NCBI GenBank assembly: GCA_900617105.1
Contig: UYFQ01000800.1
Location: 1-63,917, forward strand
Direction: 5' to 3'
Length of the DNA: 63,917 nucleotides
From: Hydrurus foetidus
Lineage: Eukaryota
Part shown: piece after piece, positions 27,329 through 39,541 of the stretch
How positions within the stretch are numbered: the stretch's first letter is position 1
Layout of the letters: every line of letters begins with the position of its first letter
Notes under the pieces: model-generated
Told to the model about the DNA's origin: nothing
Seen by the model: only the letters and a program-made list of their open reading frames with translations
Database searches by the model: none
Position numbers and translations under genes: made by a program

Positions 27329-28739
27329 TTAACTCGCATATCTAGCAGTCCACTCCTTCGCTTTTTCCATGGCAGCTTTTTCGTTGGTTTTCCAGTGTTC
27401 TGCGACATTGGTGTCGAGAGGGTCATCCGGTTCAGGGGACGATAATAATCCCTGGGGGATAGGACAGGACGGGGCAGACAGTTCGTCAGACAGGGAAGGA
27501 GGAATGCATTGAGGTAGTTTCAGCTTTAGGTGCGCAAGGAATATCGATTGTGACCGGAAAATGATAAGAGAGCGATTATCATGAATAGTGCTGATGACTT
27601 TTGCAGCTGCCAGTCAGTCGATTTACCTGTATACTTAGAAGTACGGTGCGTATCTGGAGTGCAGGAGACCATTTATCCTTCACATTGAAAAGGTAAAATG
27701 TCATCAGTCACATTACAGCTAGATGTAGATGAAGCTTTGAAATGACGGGTTTGATGTAGTGCTCAGATAATCCATATTACATTAGTTTGCATTGCTTGAG
27801 AAGAACTACCTTGAGGATGTCTAAACATATACGACCCAGTCTGTCGATGTTGGGATGGTATATTTTGGTCAGAAATCGGACTTTCGGTGGTCCCATAGGA
27901 TATTCACCAGGCAAAAATAACTCCAAACGAAATAAACCGCCTATGTAGTAAATGTAATACAGGTCAGACTGCGCAATTCAAGTGGGTTGTGTACACATGG
28001 TTGTTGATTTCGTGATGAGATACTTCAGGTGTGATGAGATACATTCAATCTTTTGACTGCAGTAGTAAGCATTATTTACTCGCGCTGACATGGCACAGCT
28101 GTCCATGATGGCTTATCTCAAGTTGAGTCAGTTGGTTACGCTTTTATGACCGTGAGATCTGAGTTACACTAGCAGTGTATTCAGATCAAGTGTGCAGTAT
28201 GTGAAGTTATGGAGGGTCATGGCAGTGCAACAGTTTCTGAAATATATGAAGTACTCTCAGTGAATGGAAAAGAGTATGTGAGAATAAGATGAGTCTGAGA
28301 GCACGAATGACAACATTCTCTGATGAAGTCTTCCCGCGTCGCAAAAAGATGAAATAGAATTCACCTTCATAGCATGTGCCAACAGGGCCAGCAATGGCTA
28401 CATTGAAATATCTCATATTATCTTCATATGGGGTGGCGTTAACGCCTTCGACTGTCAAAATAGAGACAATGTTATCAAACTTAGGTAATGATCATGCTTT
28501 CGCTTCTCTTCATGGCTGGGTTGGCATGAAAAACTCATACCTGGCTCAGCGAGTAATCGCTGCGTCTCCTGTAATAACATAGAAAGTTTGTCAGTGGAGA
28601 ATCTATACGCGGGTAACTCAAACAATTGTGGTTCTTCAATGCTTTAAAGATGGAATGTTGATGAATGAATTGCGTGAGCCCCTGAATAAATTGAAGTTAA
28701 ATATGTCACCTTCGTTATTCTAGTATTCGAAACAGCCAT
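27329..28739 (-). CDS. UBC13: ubiquitin-conjugating enzyme E2 N (Ubc13), ~6 exons
   Basis: Spliced: [37 protein letters not shown]..|[77 protein letters not shown]. Confidence 0.95.
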
Positions 28740-29636
28740 GCTGAAGCTATTTCAATCCAGCAGCTCCTGGCAAACACTTCCTTTGAAAAGCCTCCCTGCG
28801 GCTGATAGTGGTCTCGAAGAACAACTGAACTTATGATTCCATCTTAGCTGGCCAAGCAGACCAGTCCACACGTGCACCTGAACGGATTACGTTACACGGA
28901 AAATGGAATTTAAGGATTCCTCCATCCTGAGCATTGTGCTCAACATCGACACATCACAGATACAAATAGAACTCAGCGACGACTCTACGTGAGTCGTCGG
29001 CATCATGCGCAAAATGACCGGGACTCATTGATCAATGAGCCTGTGTCGTCGCATTTGGGCTCAACGCCTCACCAGATTTTTGGTTTGCTCTGATTCCAAA
29101 GCCATCCTTTGGCAAAAAAAATCAGTAGCCAAATGAGATGAAGGACGAAATGGTGAGTCGTTTCCTTTCAGCCAGAGCTCTTTCGATATGTCTCAAATAA
29201 CAATCTGATTTCGCTTCGAAATTTAACTGCCATTGAATACTGGCGCAAACCACTTTTAGGGTGTCAATGAACGATCAACTTCTGAGCAACGAATGACATC
29301 TTACCGCAGCCTAGGAGCATCAGTTGAAGGTCAGACTGCACAGATAGCTTCACCAAAGACCACTAAGGATTATTCTTGACTTTAATCACTCGTCACTTTT
29401 CGCTCAGGCGAATATTCAGCTTCTTTTTTTTTGAGGTGGACAAAGTGGTGAATTTCAAGACCTATTTTGTTTGTGACGGACTTCGAGGTGGGTCGTTTCC
29501 TGCGCAACGTTACTTTATTAGTATGTTAACATATTGAAGTTGCCCTTAGAAGCTGTCCGATTGCAACCTTTGGCGGAAAATGATGAGAATTATCAGTTAT
29601 TTGATGTATATCCATGTCGTTGAGATTGCAAACTAG

Positions 29637-32600
29637 TTAGCTATCTTCCTCACGAAGCGCTGCTATATTATTCAATTGCAGACGACAAACATCTATGCTC
29701 GATGCTCCTTGCTGAGAAAGCCTCGATTCACAGGGGAGAAGCTGACTACGACTACTTTCCTGAAGATCAGCAGGTAAAATTAGATCACTGACCAGTATTG
29801 TTCTTCTTCGAATTTTGATTGAGGCGTTTTTGACGTATTCGATCGTTCCTGCTATGGTTAGGGTTGTGCTGCTAATGTTTTCTGGAGCCTTCGTTAGCAT
29901 GTCGACTGTGATGATTACATCTCCTAGCTTGTAACTTATTCCCTGGCGCTTACATTTCTTACTCAACTTTTTTGGTAGTGATGTAATCAGTGCTACTCCT
30001 CCACCTTTAATGCACGTGATTACTACCTCTGTGCACTGTATTGGACTATCCTTAAGAAGAAAGTCAGTGTATCTTTTAGTTCTTGTTTCTATATGTGGTC
30101 CATCTCTCAATCCTAAAATTTTAATCGTTCTAGGTCGGAGAGGTCACATATCATCGGGGTACCTGATTTTCGACGATTCGCTTTTAGTCAGTTCTGGGTT
30201 GTTAGTAATAGATTTGTAATGAAGCAAATAACAACCTGCAATTCTTGAAGTCGTCTTGAGTAACAGCACCCCGACATGAGTCACAGCTGCAAAAGGCGTC
30301 TCTGAGGAATACCGTATCCGGAGTCTTACTGACTCCAGCTACAGTGCATTCACGAAAGACTATAGCATTATAGGAAGACTGAATACCTTGTGCATTAGTG
30401 CACTCATAGTTCTCTAGGAGTTTGTTCGTTATAAGTATTCGGTCATTTATCTCATCGTTGAGTTGCATGTCGGGGAAGTCAACTACCAAGACACGAGTGT
30501 GTTCATCTATTTCATGCGTCCTGCGAGCGGGGTCATCAAGCGCTCTCGGAGTTTTCGCAGGTTGGGACCATAGCAGTGGCATAAAACTTCTTGTTGTCGG
30601 ATAACGACCCACTTCTGTTAACTCTGCCTGCTTTATCACTTTTTGTCCAAATTTCCTACTCCATCATGTTCCCCCTTGAATGTTGCTGTTGGAGGGTAAA
30701 CCGCCATAGCCCACACTAAATCATACTTTTTCACAATATCACATAGTTGTACCATGTTGAATCTGTTTTTGAACTGAGATGGAGCACCGTCAGTAATCTC
30801 TATGATCCTATCAAAGGGTACTGAATTTAATCGTGCATCACCAATAACTTTGTCTTTACATTGCCTGTAGAAATGATTATCTGACTTGAGCTTCGATATA
30901 CCCTGTTGAGTCCAGAATGAGTATGCCTTTGTTACAAGCACTCCGCTGCTAAGATGTGATAGTAGTATGACTAGCTGTATTGAGTGAAGTTGTATGGTCT
31001 GGTTCAGTTGATCCTGTGAATGACCATCTAGAATAGCTGAGGCTAGTAGTAAGGTCGTGGACATTTGATTATCTGTCATCATTTTTTCATACGCATTCCT
31101 CCGTGCTTGTGAGCTCATTATGTCATTGAAATGATGAATCAAGTACTTTTTTGCGCACTTCATAAAATGCTCTTTGAACTCTGGTAATGTCATAGCCACT
31201 TCCTCCATTTCTTTCTGGAATGACCCAGATCTTTCCTGTTCACAATACTTTTTGACCTTTACCACAACATTAATAACAGAGCCATTTTCATCCCTGCAAT
31301 CGAATTCACAACCACAGGTGTCGCTTACTGCAGAAGCCGCTTCACTAGAGCTGATCCCGTACATGCTATCGAATCTTGCATTGATTCCACAGTCCTTACA
31401 CTTCAGCTCACAGCAGCTTTTTTTGTACCAGCTGAAGCCAGGTTCATCCAACCTTAAAGGTAATGCTTTTGCCTGTTCTTCTTTCTTCAACCTTTTAGTT
31501 GAACCTGTAATGATGTGAGGATAGTGAGAATGGTGACGATAGAGAGAGTGGTGATGACAGTGAGGATAGTGAAAGTGGTGATGACAGTGTGGATAGTGAG
31601 AGTGGTGATGACAGTGAGGATAGTGAGAGTGATGATGACAGTGAGGATAGTGAGAGTGATGATGACAGTGACGATGATAAATATGATAACATTAGTATAC
31701 AGTAGTTACTTTTGCACCTTTGCGGGAACAAGTTGCATTAAAAGTTTCATTCTCCAGTACTTTCTTTGCTTCCGCTGCTGCCAAATTAATTTTCATTTGC
31801 TTATCTTTTTTAGATTCAAAAGTTTCATATTCGGTACTGGAGTCAGGGATATGGACGGCTAGCTCATCGCGATTTATTTTAGAGCATAAGAGATAATGGA
31901 GAAAGTCAGTAGCTGTTCTCGATGCAGCTGCATAGAGAGGAGTTTTACTTGAGCCATTTGCGTGAAATGGGCACTCGGTGCTAGAACATCGTAGTATTGA
32001 TGCTTTCACATTCTGATCTTTTCCACGCATTAAGTCCCATGTTCGTAGACACTGCTTGAACTCAGCAACTATTTGATCAGCTGTATCCCTCTGCTTCGCA
32101 TTAGTCATACATGGACATATTAGTTCACGGAATCTTCTCATAGACAAATTTCTCCCACTGTTGCTATTTCTCTGTCTTGCACCATATTCAGAACCTTTAA
32201 AATGAGTGTACATTTCTCTTACAGTGTATTGATAAGAGCGAACTGGTTCATATTCACACCCACCACCTGGTTGATTTACTATCACCGACTGTTTAGCTAG
32301 TTTCAATGTGTCAATACGCCCACCCCACTGGCTCTCGTGACAGAAGCGTTGAATTTCTTCTCCACTTATTGCATCACTTCTTACTTTTCTTGACCTCGAT
32401 GATATGTAACGACGATACCTATTTTTTCTAATTCGAATCTCACCATTGTGAGCTCTTTTTTTCCTCTTCGGAATATTGTCTACGCTGCCTGTCCCACTGT
32501 TCTCGTTGTCCTCATTGATATCATCATTATCTATATCATCATCAAAATCATGATCATCATCGCTTTCATTTTCTGAATCAGCCTCGCTATTATCGTCATC

Positions 32601-33593
32601 ATGAATATCGACATGCTCTTCACCTTCTTCTGCAACTGCCTTAATCGTTTCATTATCAAATGCAGTGCGCATTTCTCGCCCGTGCTCAAGCACCCTCCTG
32701 GATAAGCTAGTTGCATCAGTCAGCTTTGCAAATGAAATACTCCCGGAGATAGCTAGCGCGAGATTCTCTTTGAATCGTATCTGCTCTCTGTCATTAAGGC
32801 CATATTTATTTATTGAATTCACCAGAGCTTTTATATTTGACACTATTACTTCGTTTACATTACAATCAGCTTTGCTGTCGCAGAATCTGTTTTCTAATCT
32901 TAACATGACATCTTTCAATACCTGATTTTGGAGATCTTCATTGGCTGATGAAATCTCGTTTTTAAGCAGCAGTATCAATTTCGACTCGATTGCTTTTGAA
33001 TACTTTGCCTATGTTGCGGGTGATTAATATTTTTTACTTGATATTCTACTTCTCTTTCGCGATGGACCGTCTGCTGGTCGTATGATATTATTCTCATTCC
33101 CAAGATCAGGAGTGATAGCACTAGATGCTTTGGTAGCTGGAGTATGCTGGACGAGCTCCAGTGGACCCAATTGTTGCAAACATGCTGCATCTGCAGTCAA
33201 TACAAAGGTGAAATTTTTATTCGAGTCCCTGCAATTCCTATCCCAACCTATATCTACAAGATTTCTGAATCCTGTAGCTGATGGATCCCTCCGAATAAAT
33301 ACATCATAGAGATCGAGACTGACTTCATCAAAGATGTCGCCGTAGGAAAGAAATTCCCCCAAGCTGATAGTTATTCGCCCTCCAGCAGTTGTTTTCTTCA
33401 GAATTTCAGGGCTGTATCTAGCCCGCTGAAGGTTGCGATAACAACGTAACCGCTCAGGAACATTGGCCATCCCCCACGGTTCAATGAGAATGATGTGAAG
33501 CATGATGCGCTTGTTGCTAGTAGAGTTACTATCGGTCAATCCTTCAAATATTTCAAAATATTTTGAATTAATTATTAGTTTCTTAAATTCCAA
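29637..33593 (-). pseudogene. decayed Sola2-like DDD transposase gene (DNA transposon)
   Basis: Motifs ITDGAPSQFKNR and FKGEHDGVG resemble the Sola2 DG..QYKNR / GKG..DG pattern. Cys clusters (CCELKCKDC, CSCDSC). Frameshift at ~30637, internal TGA near 30145. TIRs not identified. Confidence 0.65.
31515..31680. repeat. ~27-bp minisatellite inside predicted intron 31717-31505
   Basis: About 6 imperfect copies of gtgaggatagtgagagtggtgatgaca. Confidence 0.85.
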
Positions 33594-34184
33594 AATTGAC
33601 CGAGGGTCCAGTCACATCATCCGTTCTGGTGCACACGGTATTATTAATCATATGTAATGTACTGAACGACAATATTTGATGGAAATGATATCTCATCAAA
33701 TAAACTGATTTCACATCGAATAAACTGATTCTGCACCACAATGTACAGTCGAAAAGTGGGTTATCTTAAGTTTTGCATAGCCTCAATGGCTTTTTCGTCG
33801 TAATTCTACGCTACGCCTCTCATTTTGCAAGAATTAATAGAATTTTTATTTTGCAGCTGTAGTCGATGCAGTGATCCCGTCAACGGCATCGTCGATGTGG
33901 ATTACTAATTATTAGCGAACCTTTGTACCTATGACAGAATGAATGTAAGTATCCTCTCTCTAATGGTAGCACCAACCGGTGAAGAGGAGGCTATTGCACG
34001 ATAGTATGAGATTGCAGCTGATCAATGGCGGGATCTGGGCTGGAATGTGTACTAAAAGACACGGACGCCTCGATCTGATGAATGAACTAGTAAGGTTGTT
34101 AGCCACGTCAAGTGCCACAAGAAAAGTGAAAGCACGCACGGTACAGAGTTCAAAATTGAATAACGTTTTAAATTTATGTAGATG

Positions 34185-36103
34185 CTAGTCATGAATTGCA
34201 GTTGTAATAAGATTTTCAGGCACTGTTGCAGCTATTTGTTCCACTGCAGTAGTATTTGGTTTAAAATGACGCGGAGAGGACCGTTCATCAATATTTGAAG
34301 AACACTGCTCCTTACTGCGGTGCACCATCGGTACAAGTTCCACTCCATCAGCATCGTGCCGTATTTTCGCAATTAAACATTCGTTTTCAGCTCCATTTTT
34401 CTTCGATAAAATTGACATGTCAGGTACGGGTCGCGTGGATGACTTCAGTATCTCGTGTTTGTGAGCAGCCACATCATGGTGAGTGAGAGAAGACCCAGTC
34501 ACTGCAGATAGAGGAAGGGAATCGCTGAGAGCATCTGTCGTGTCTTTGTCGTCTCTAGAGCTATCGGAGAGATCTCCTGTTCTTTCGTCTGTACGTTCTT
34601 GGGAACACTGCTCTTCCGTGGTGGTTGAAGAAGACACAGACATCGACCTACTGCTGTGGATCAGCTGCTTGTTTTCAGACGCTACGATATAGGTAGATTT
34701 CGTCTCTGTACTGCTACGCATCGAAGGAGATGTTGCGGCTACGACTCCCGTCTTTGACTCGACTTGTTCCAATTCAGAATAGCTCACAGAGGATGGGTGA
34801 CTCTTGATTGCTTTCTCATCTTGCTCCACCTCGCTCAACGCAATCTCTGGGGGCTTCGCATGGCCATTTAGATCGTTGGAAATTGTCGAGGTATCATGGA
34901 CCAATCTGACTATATCGTTTCTCATCGAATGGAGACCAGCTATTCCTAGCCTCATGTCCACCTCACTGTGCGATGGTGACGATCTTACTGCCCCCAACAG
35001 CGATGATCCAAACGCATGAAGAAGCTTCGTAACGATCATCTTTGACTGATGACCAGCAAAATGTGCTTGATCACTTCCGTCATTCGAGGGCTGCACAGTA
35101 TCATCTCCTTCCACTGAGAGGAAATCCGCTCCCTCCCGTGCTGCGGGATTCTCTGACTGATCGACTTTCGTTTTCTTGGATTTTGTCACCTGATCAAAAT
35201 CCTCCAATGGCAAGTCTCTCTTTCTGCCAACAGCTATGGAATTCTCTTCCAACTCAAGGTATGCAGTTTGAAGCATTGATTGACAGACCTGTTATAAAAA
35301 GTGAGCGACATGTTTCCCAAGGGTAATTATGGCATTGTCTAATTGGCGAGCATCAAAATATATGGGTACCTTGCTTATGACATCATATGTTATCATCGAT
35401 CCGAGGCCATCTAGCCTTCGAACTAAGGCCACATCAGGAGGTGCGATAGGTAAGCCTATCCCAGATCCGGATGATGAAGACGATGCTGAAGATGATGTTG
35501 CACTGGGCTCACTCACTCCACTAGAACTTTCAGATTTGCGAATTATTTGGCTTATTTCTTTAATGCCTACTGTCAACAACTTGTTCCGTTCTACTGAACC
35601 TGGGAAGTTCTTGCAGTTAGTGCATCGACACCTGTCCGAGCAAACTATCCCTAGCTGGAAGCATTCGCAGTACTTTTTTAAGCAATTAGACTTTTTACAA
35701 TGGCAGCCCTTGTGATGAAGAGCAACTTCAGCAGTGGACTGATTTTGGGATGATGATGCTGGATTTGACGACGACAAAATCTTCGATCTGAATGCATTTG
35801 GATTTCTCTCAATTGTTGAAATAACTGCTATTCTTCTGCTATTTTCACTCTCCAGATTATTGAAGCAGGCAGTGCAGTTACATCTTAACGGTGAGCAATA
35901 GGAGCTGCTTGCGAAGCAGTCACAGTACAACTGCATCGAACATGCAAGATTGAATTTTCAGTTGGGGAATTCAAGTCTTAGTCTAAGCGAAATGTCTGTT
36001 GCAGAAGGTGTACCTTGAGACAATTCGATTTTTTGCAATTGCATGACTTCAGTCCCGGCTGGTTATCCCTGTCGTTGGAGGGGGCAACTCCAGTAGTGCG
36101 CAT
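34185..36103 (-). CDS. CRC (tesmin/TSO1-like CXC) domain protein, LIN54-like, 3 exons
   Basis: CNCKKSNCLK|LYCDCFA..CNCTACFN, linker ERNPNAFRSK, and HHKGCHCKKSNCLKKYCECF..CRCTNCKN. Confidence 0.92.
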
Positions 36104-36698
36104 TATAGAGGAATCGTCGATAAACTCACTTCGCTTTCAGTCTGAAGTAGATAACACGATAAAAAATGACCCGCGAATGATCCACTCTTGAGCTAGGAGC
36201 TGATTTGGCCGCGTTTCAAGATTGCATCTAGTTCACGAAGGATCTGGCATTCCTTTCTATCGACGCGGAGGGTTTTCCTTAGATTGAAGCGCGTTGTTTC
36301 GGGACCACAATTTGAAATATTGCCCATTTTTGAAAAGCTCTTGTCTTGTAGACGTCGATTTTGATTTTCAAAAAAATTCAAATTTTTCTTGTGGGTGCCG
36401 TAAACCCCGATGTATTTTCATGCAACTCCGTTTAAAAAACTCCCGTGCGTGCAGGCGAATGGGACTCAGCTCACAGTCGAAACATACGGGGAAAAATTCC
36501 TCAAAACGTCGACATTCTGAAATTCCTCGAGGTTGCAAGGCGAGGATTTTGGAAATCCTCAAAACCAAACGTCGGGATTGGATTCTTGGTTGTGAGGATT
36601 CCACAATTCCTCAAACGTCGACACAGCACACAATTCAATCGCATACCTGCAGCATACAGCTGTCATCAACCGATAACTGCAAACTAACTGCTATCGAT

Positions 36699-37946
36699 AT
36701 GGAACTGTCGCCACTAACTGCTACAACTCAAACAGAGCCGGTATCTGATCGCATCGCAGCCATTAACGCTGTCACGAGTGGCGACGAGTTTTTTGACTGT
36801 CTCCAGGCTATTCCACCTGGCAGAAGTGGCAGCAGCCAGGGATACACATACAACCGTTTCATCAAGGTTCTTTATGGAGAGGGAATGTTACCGCCACAGT
36901 ACAGTGATCTGAATTATGGGGCGATGAAAGTCGCTCAGAAAACATTCATCCATACTACAATTCGAGGTTTGAGTATTGAGGTCCACGGAGCAAAACTGTT
37001 CGAGAGCTTGAAGGGATCTATTTTGATTTCCTATGTGGTATCTCCCGTTATCGTCCCTGAGATTACAGAGGGTGTCGTAGTGAATCGGTGGGCTCTCATG
37101 GCCGAATTCTACGTCCATCCACTTTCACGAGAAGGACTTGAGAGTTACAGTCAGAAGATACCCTCTGATGGAAAGAATCACATACTCACTGACGGGATGA
37201 AAGCGCATCGACTGAATCAGCTGACTGAGCTAATGAGAACGTGCGTCGATGACATTGCTCCTAGCGTCAGCAATTGCTTCGGAGAGAGATGGCCTGCACT
37301 GCTCAACATTCATCCCGAGAAGGGAACTTTCAACGACGTCGAGCAGTTCTCCGCACTGTTGACAGAAATGAAAAACACTTTCGATATTCTTAAATCGAAT
37401 TTATCTATGTCTGGAACTCAAGAAAGTGGAGAGATACTTGACGGGACAGCATTGAACTTCTGTAAGTACGGACAGAGGACTGCGAAACTCAACCACTTTT
37501 ATCTATGGTTGTGCTGGAAGGAGAAGGATTTGAATTTCCTTTCCAACAGCCTACTTGAGGGTGTTGCAACAGGAGGTGGAGCGGTACCTGAACCCTACAC
37601 TCGATCAACTATATCGTCTTCAGAATCAACCGGATCGTCAGTCAAGTCCAGTTACGCTGATAGAAAGTCTGCTAAAGGGATGCATATGGAGAAGGTAGCG
37701 ATCACAATAGGTGAGGTCCTGAAGACCAGCTTGGGGCCTCTTCTTCAGGACAGAAGTGGAATAAGTGAGCAGATTTCATCCCGGTCGGAGGCGATCCGAC
37801 TCAGAGACAATGAACAGATACTCAACCTAAAGCCGAAACGCCAGCGCGAAGCAATTGAAGCTCCGTCGTATAGTCTTTTATCATCCTCGCTACAGACAAA
37901 GTTAAGAGAGTGTTACGAGAATACTCTGAGTGAGTGTAATCAGTAA
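36699..37946 (+). CDS. Harbinger accessory ORF (putative DNA-binding partner), 415 aa
   Basis: Intronless ORF convergent with the transposase inside the TIRs. No clear domain recognised. Confidence 0.6.
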   Translation: MELSPLTATTQTEPVSDRIAAINAVTSGDEFFDCLQAIPPGRSGSSQGYTYNRFIKVLYGEGMLPPQYSDLNYGAMKVAQKTFIHTTIRGLSIEVHGAKLFESLKGSILISYVVSPVIVPEITEGVVVNRWALMAEFYVHPLSREGLESYSQKIPSDGKNHILTDGMKAHRLNQLTELMRTCVDDIAPSVSNCFGERWPALLNIHPEKGTFNDVEQFSALLTEMKNTFDILKSNLSMSGTQESGEILDGTALNFCKYGQRTAKLNHFYLWLCWKEKDLNFLSNSLLEGVATGGGAVPEPYTRSTISSSESTGSSVKSSYADRKSAKGMHMEKVAITIGEVLKTSLGPLLQDRSGISEQISSRSEAIRLRDNEQILNLKPKRQREAIEAPSYSLLSSSLQTKLRECYENTLSECNQ

Positions 37947-38101
37947 ATTAGCATTTAGTATTGTTGTTTAAATTTCTGTACTCTCATAAAAAGTATTTCA
38001 TAAATTCTAAACACTGCACTTAACATCAACATGCTGCATTTGAACGATTTAAAAAGATATAAGAATAAATTTGTGTGTTCCACATTAATTACGAATTATT
38101 T

Positions 38102-39541
38102 TTACACATCCGTATCCACTTCCACTGTCGGCAATCCAACGAGATCTTGTGAGTCAGTAATTCTCAGCCCAGTATCCCAAATCATATTCATCATTGAGAC
38201 TCTAAGATCACAACTAATAGCTCTAACTCCTATTCCAGTGTATCGATTATTTAATCTGTTTGTAACTTCTGCATCGGTCGGTCTAGACTCGCTATCAATA
38301 TTAACATGTTCAGGAATAACTTCTTGCTCAACTGATGTGTCAAAATTATGCACTCTACCATTCTTCAACCATCTTTCAACGCATACGTTGTGTAATTTTG
38401 CGCAACACTGTACCATTAATGAGACGTTTTTCAGTCGGCTGCTGTTGGCACACCACAGAATCCCCCATCTACGCACCAATTGACCGAACGCTCTCTCTAT
38501 CGTTATTCTTTGTGATGATAAAACATGATTAAACGTTCGCATTTTGTAATATACTGTTTTAGTCCGGTCAGGTAAATTAATCGCTTTTTTTAGTTGATGT
38601 TGACTGTATGGTGTTAGATGGCAACCACCAATTGAACTGTATGCCTCATCTAGGAGGAATGAGACCCAATCAGGTATAGAAGTTTCCAAATAATTGTTTG
38701 TAGAATTCTGGTGTAATGGAGTTTGTTTATAGGCTGTTATGTCATTTGTTGCTCCCGGCCAACCTACTCTGAAGTACCAAAACTTTGTGTGAGCTCCGCA
38801 GAAGGCTTGAACTAGAAGAGCAAAGAAACCCTTTCTGTTCATATAATTCTTAGAAGGCTTGCCGTCCAAATCTGCAGCCACTGGTTCAGTTATTTGCACG
38901 ACGAACCCATCTCCTGCACCACATATACCGCCTAGCAAATCATCTCCCATTGATCCGTGTTTTTTTCTCAACACTTCCCTGAATTTCTCGGATTCAGCTC
39001 TCCATTCGGCATCAGTAGCAGGTATTTTAATATTGTCGATAACACTATTGATAGCGAGTAAGCAGTCGTGCACATATTCTCTGACGTGGTCCACGCTAAC
39101 GCGATACCAGATCATGTCTAAGTATTTTGCACCAGCCAACATTCTTAGCGTGATCATCAATCGTATTTCAACGCAGATACCAGATCCTGAGCTGTTCCTT
39201 GCTTTTGCCTCATTTCTCTGGATAAGTGGAGATATGAGTCCCATGACGTAGCCGAAATCCTCGCGACATAGCCGAAATTGCCGCCTGAACATATCATCAT
39301 CCCAAGATCGTACATACTGTAAAGCTTCGGGCCTACTGTTCCGGCAGTTACCGATTCGTGGCGGCTCTATTGGTATTGTCGCAAGCGTTATCATAACTGC
39401 GGCAACAGTCACAGCGACTGCTTTCACAATTGCGATGCGCTTTCTGGGAGGTGACGTTTCTTCATCGCCGCTGTAAAAGTTGTCGCTCTCCTCGTCGCTA
39501 AAATTCCTCACGTCCATCACGCAAGAACTAGTTGAGGTCAT
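38102..39541 (-). CDS. PIF/Harbinger DDE transposase (DDE_Tnp_4/HARBI1-like), intact
   Basis: FRRQFRL..F, GAGDG, NRKGFFALLVQA, WPGATND, LLDEAY, FNHVLSSQRITIERAFG..RRWGIL, LHN. Confidence 0.93.
   Translation of the reverse strand: MTSTSSCVMDVRNFSDEESDNFYSGDEETSPPRKRIAIVKAVAVTVAAVMITLATIPIEPPRIGNCRNSRPEALQYVRSWDDDMFRRQFRLCREDFGYVMGLISPLIQRNEAKARNSSGSGICVEIRLMITLRMLAGAKYLDMIWYRVSVDHVREYVHDCLLAINSVIDNIKIPATDAEWRAESEKFREVLRKKHGSMGDDLLGGICGAGDGFVVQITEPVAADLDGKPSKNYMNRKGFFALLVQAFCGAHTKFWYFRVGWPGATNDITAYKQTPLHQNSTNNYLETSIPDWVSFLLDEAYSSIGGCHLTPYSQHQLKKAINLPDRTKTVYYKMRTFNHVLSSQRITIERAFGQLVRRWGILWCANSSRLKNVSLMVQCCAKLHNVCVERWLKNGRVHNFDTSVEQEVIPEHVNIDSESRPTDAEVTNRLNNRYTGIGVRAISCDLRVSMMNMIWDTGLRITDSQDLVGLPTVEVDTDV

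Noticed and set aside
29430..33820. GAGG../..CCTC ends as Sola TIRs
   Set aside because: Only 4-5 bp match; no convincing inverted repeat or TSD by eye.
36294..36698. N-terminal 135 aa of the 550-aa ORF
   Set aside because: Non-ATG start, and it runs through the TIR and subterminal repeats. ATG 36699 is the more plausible start.
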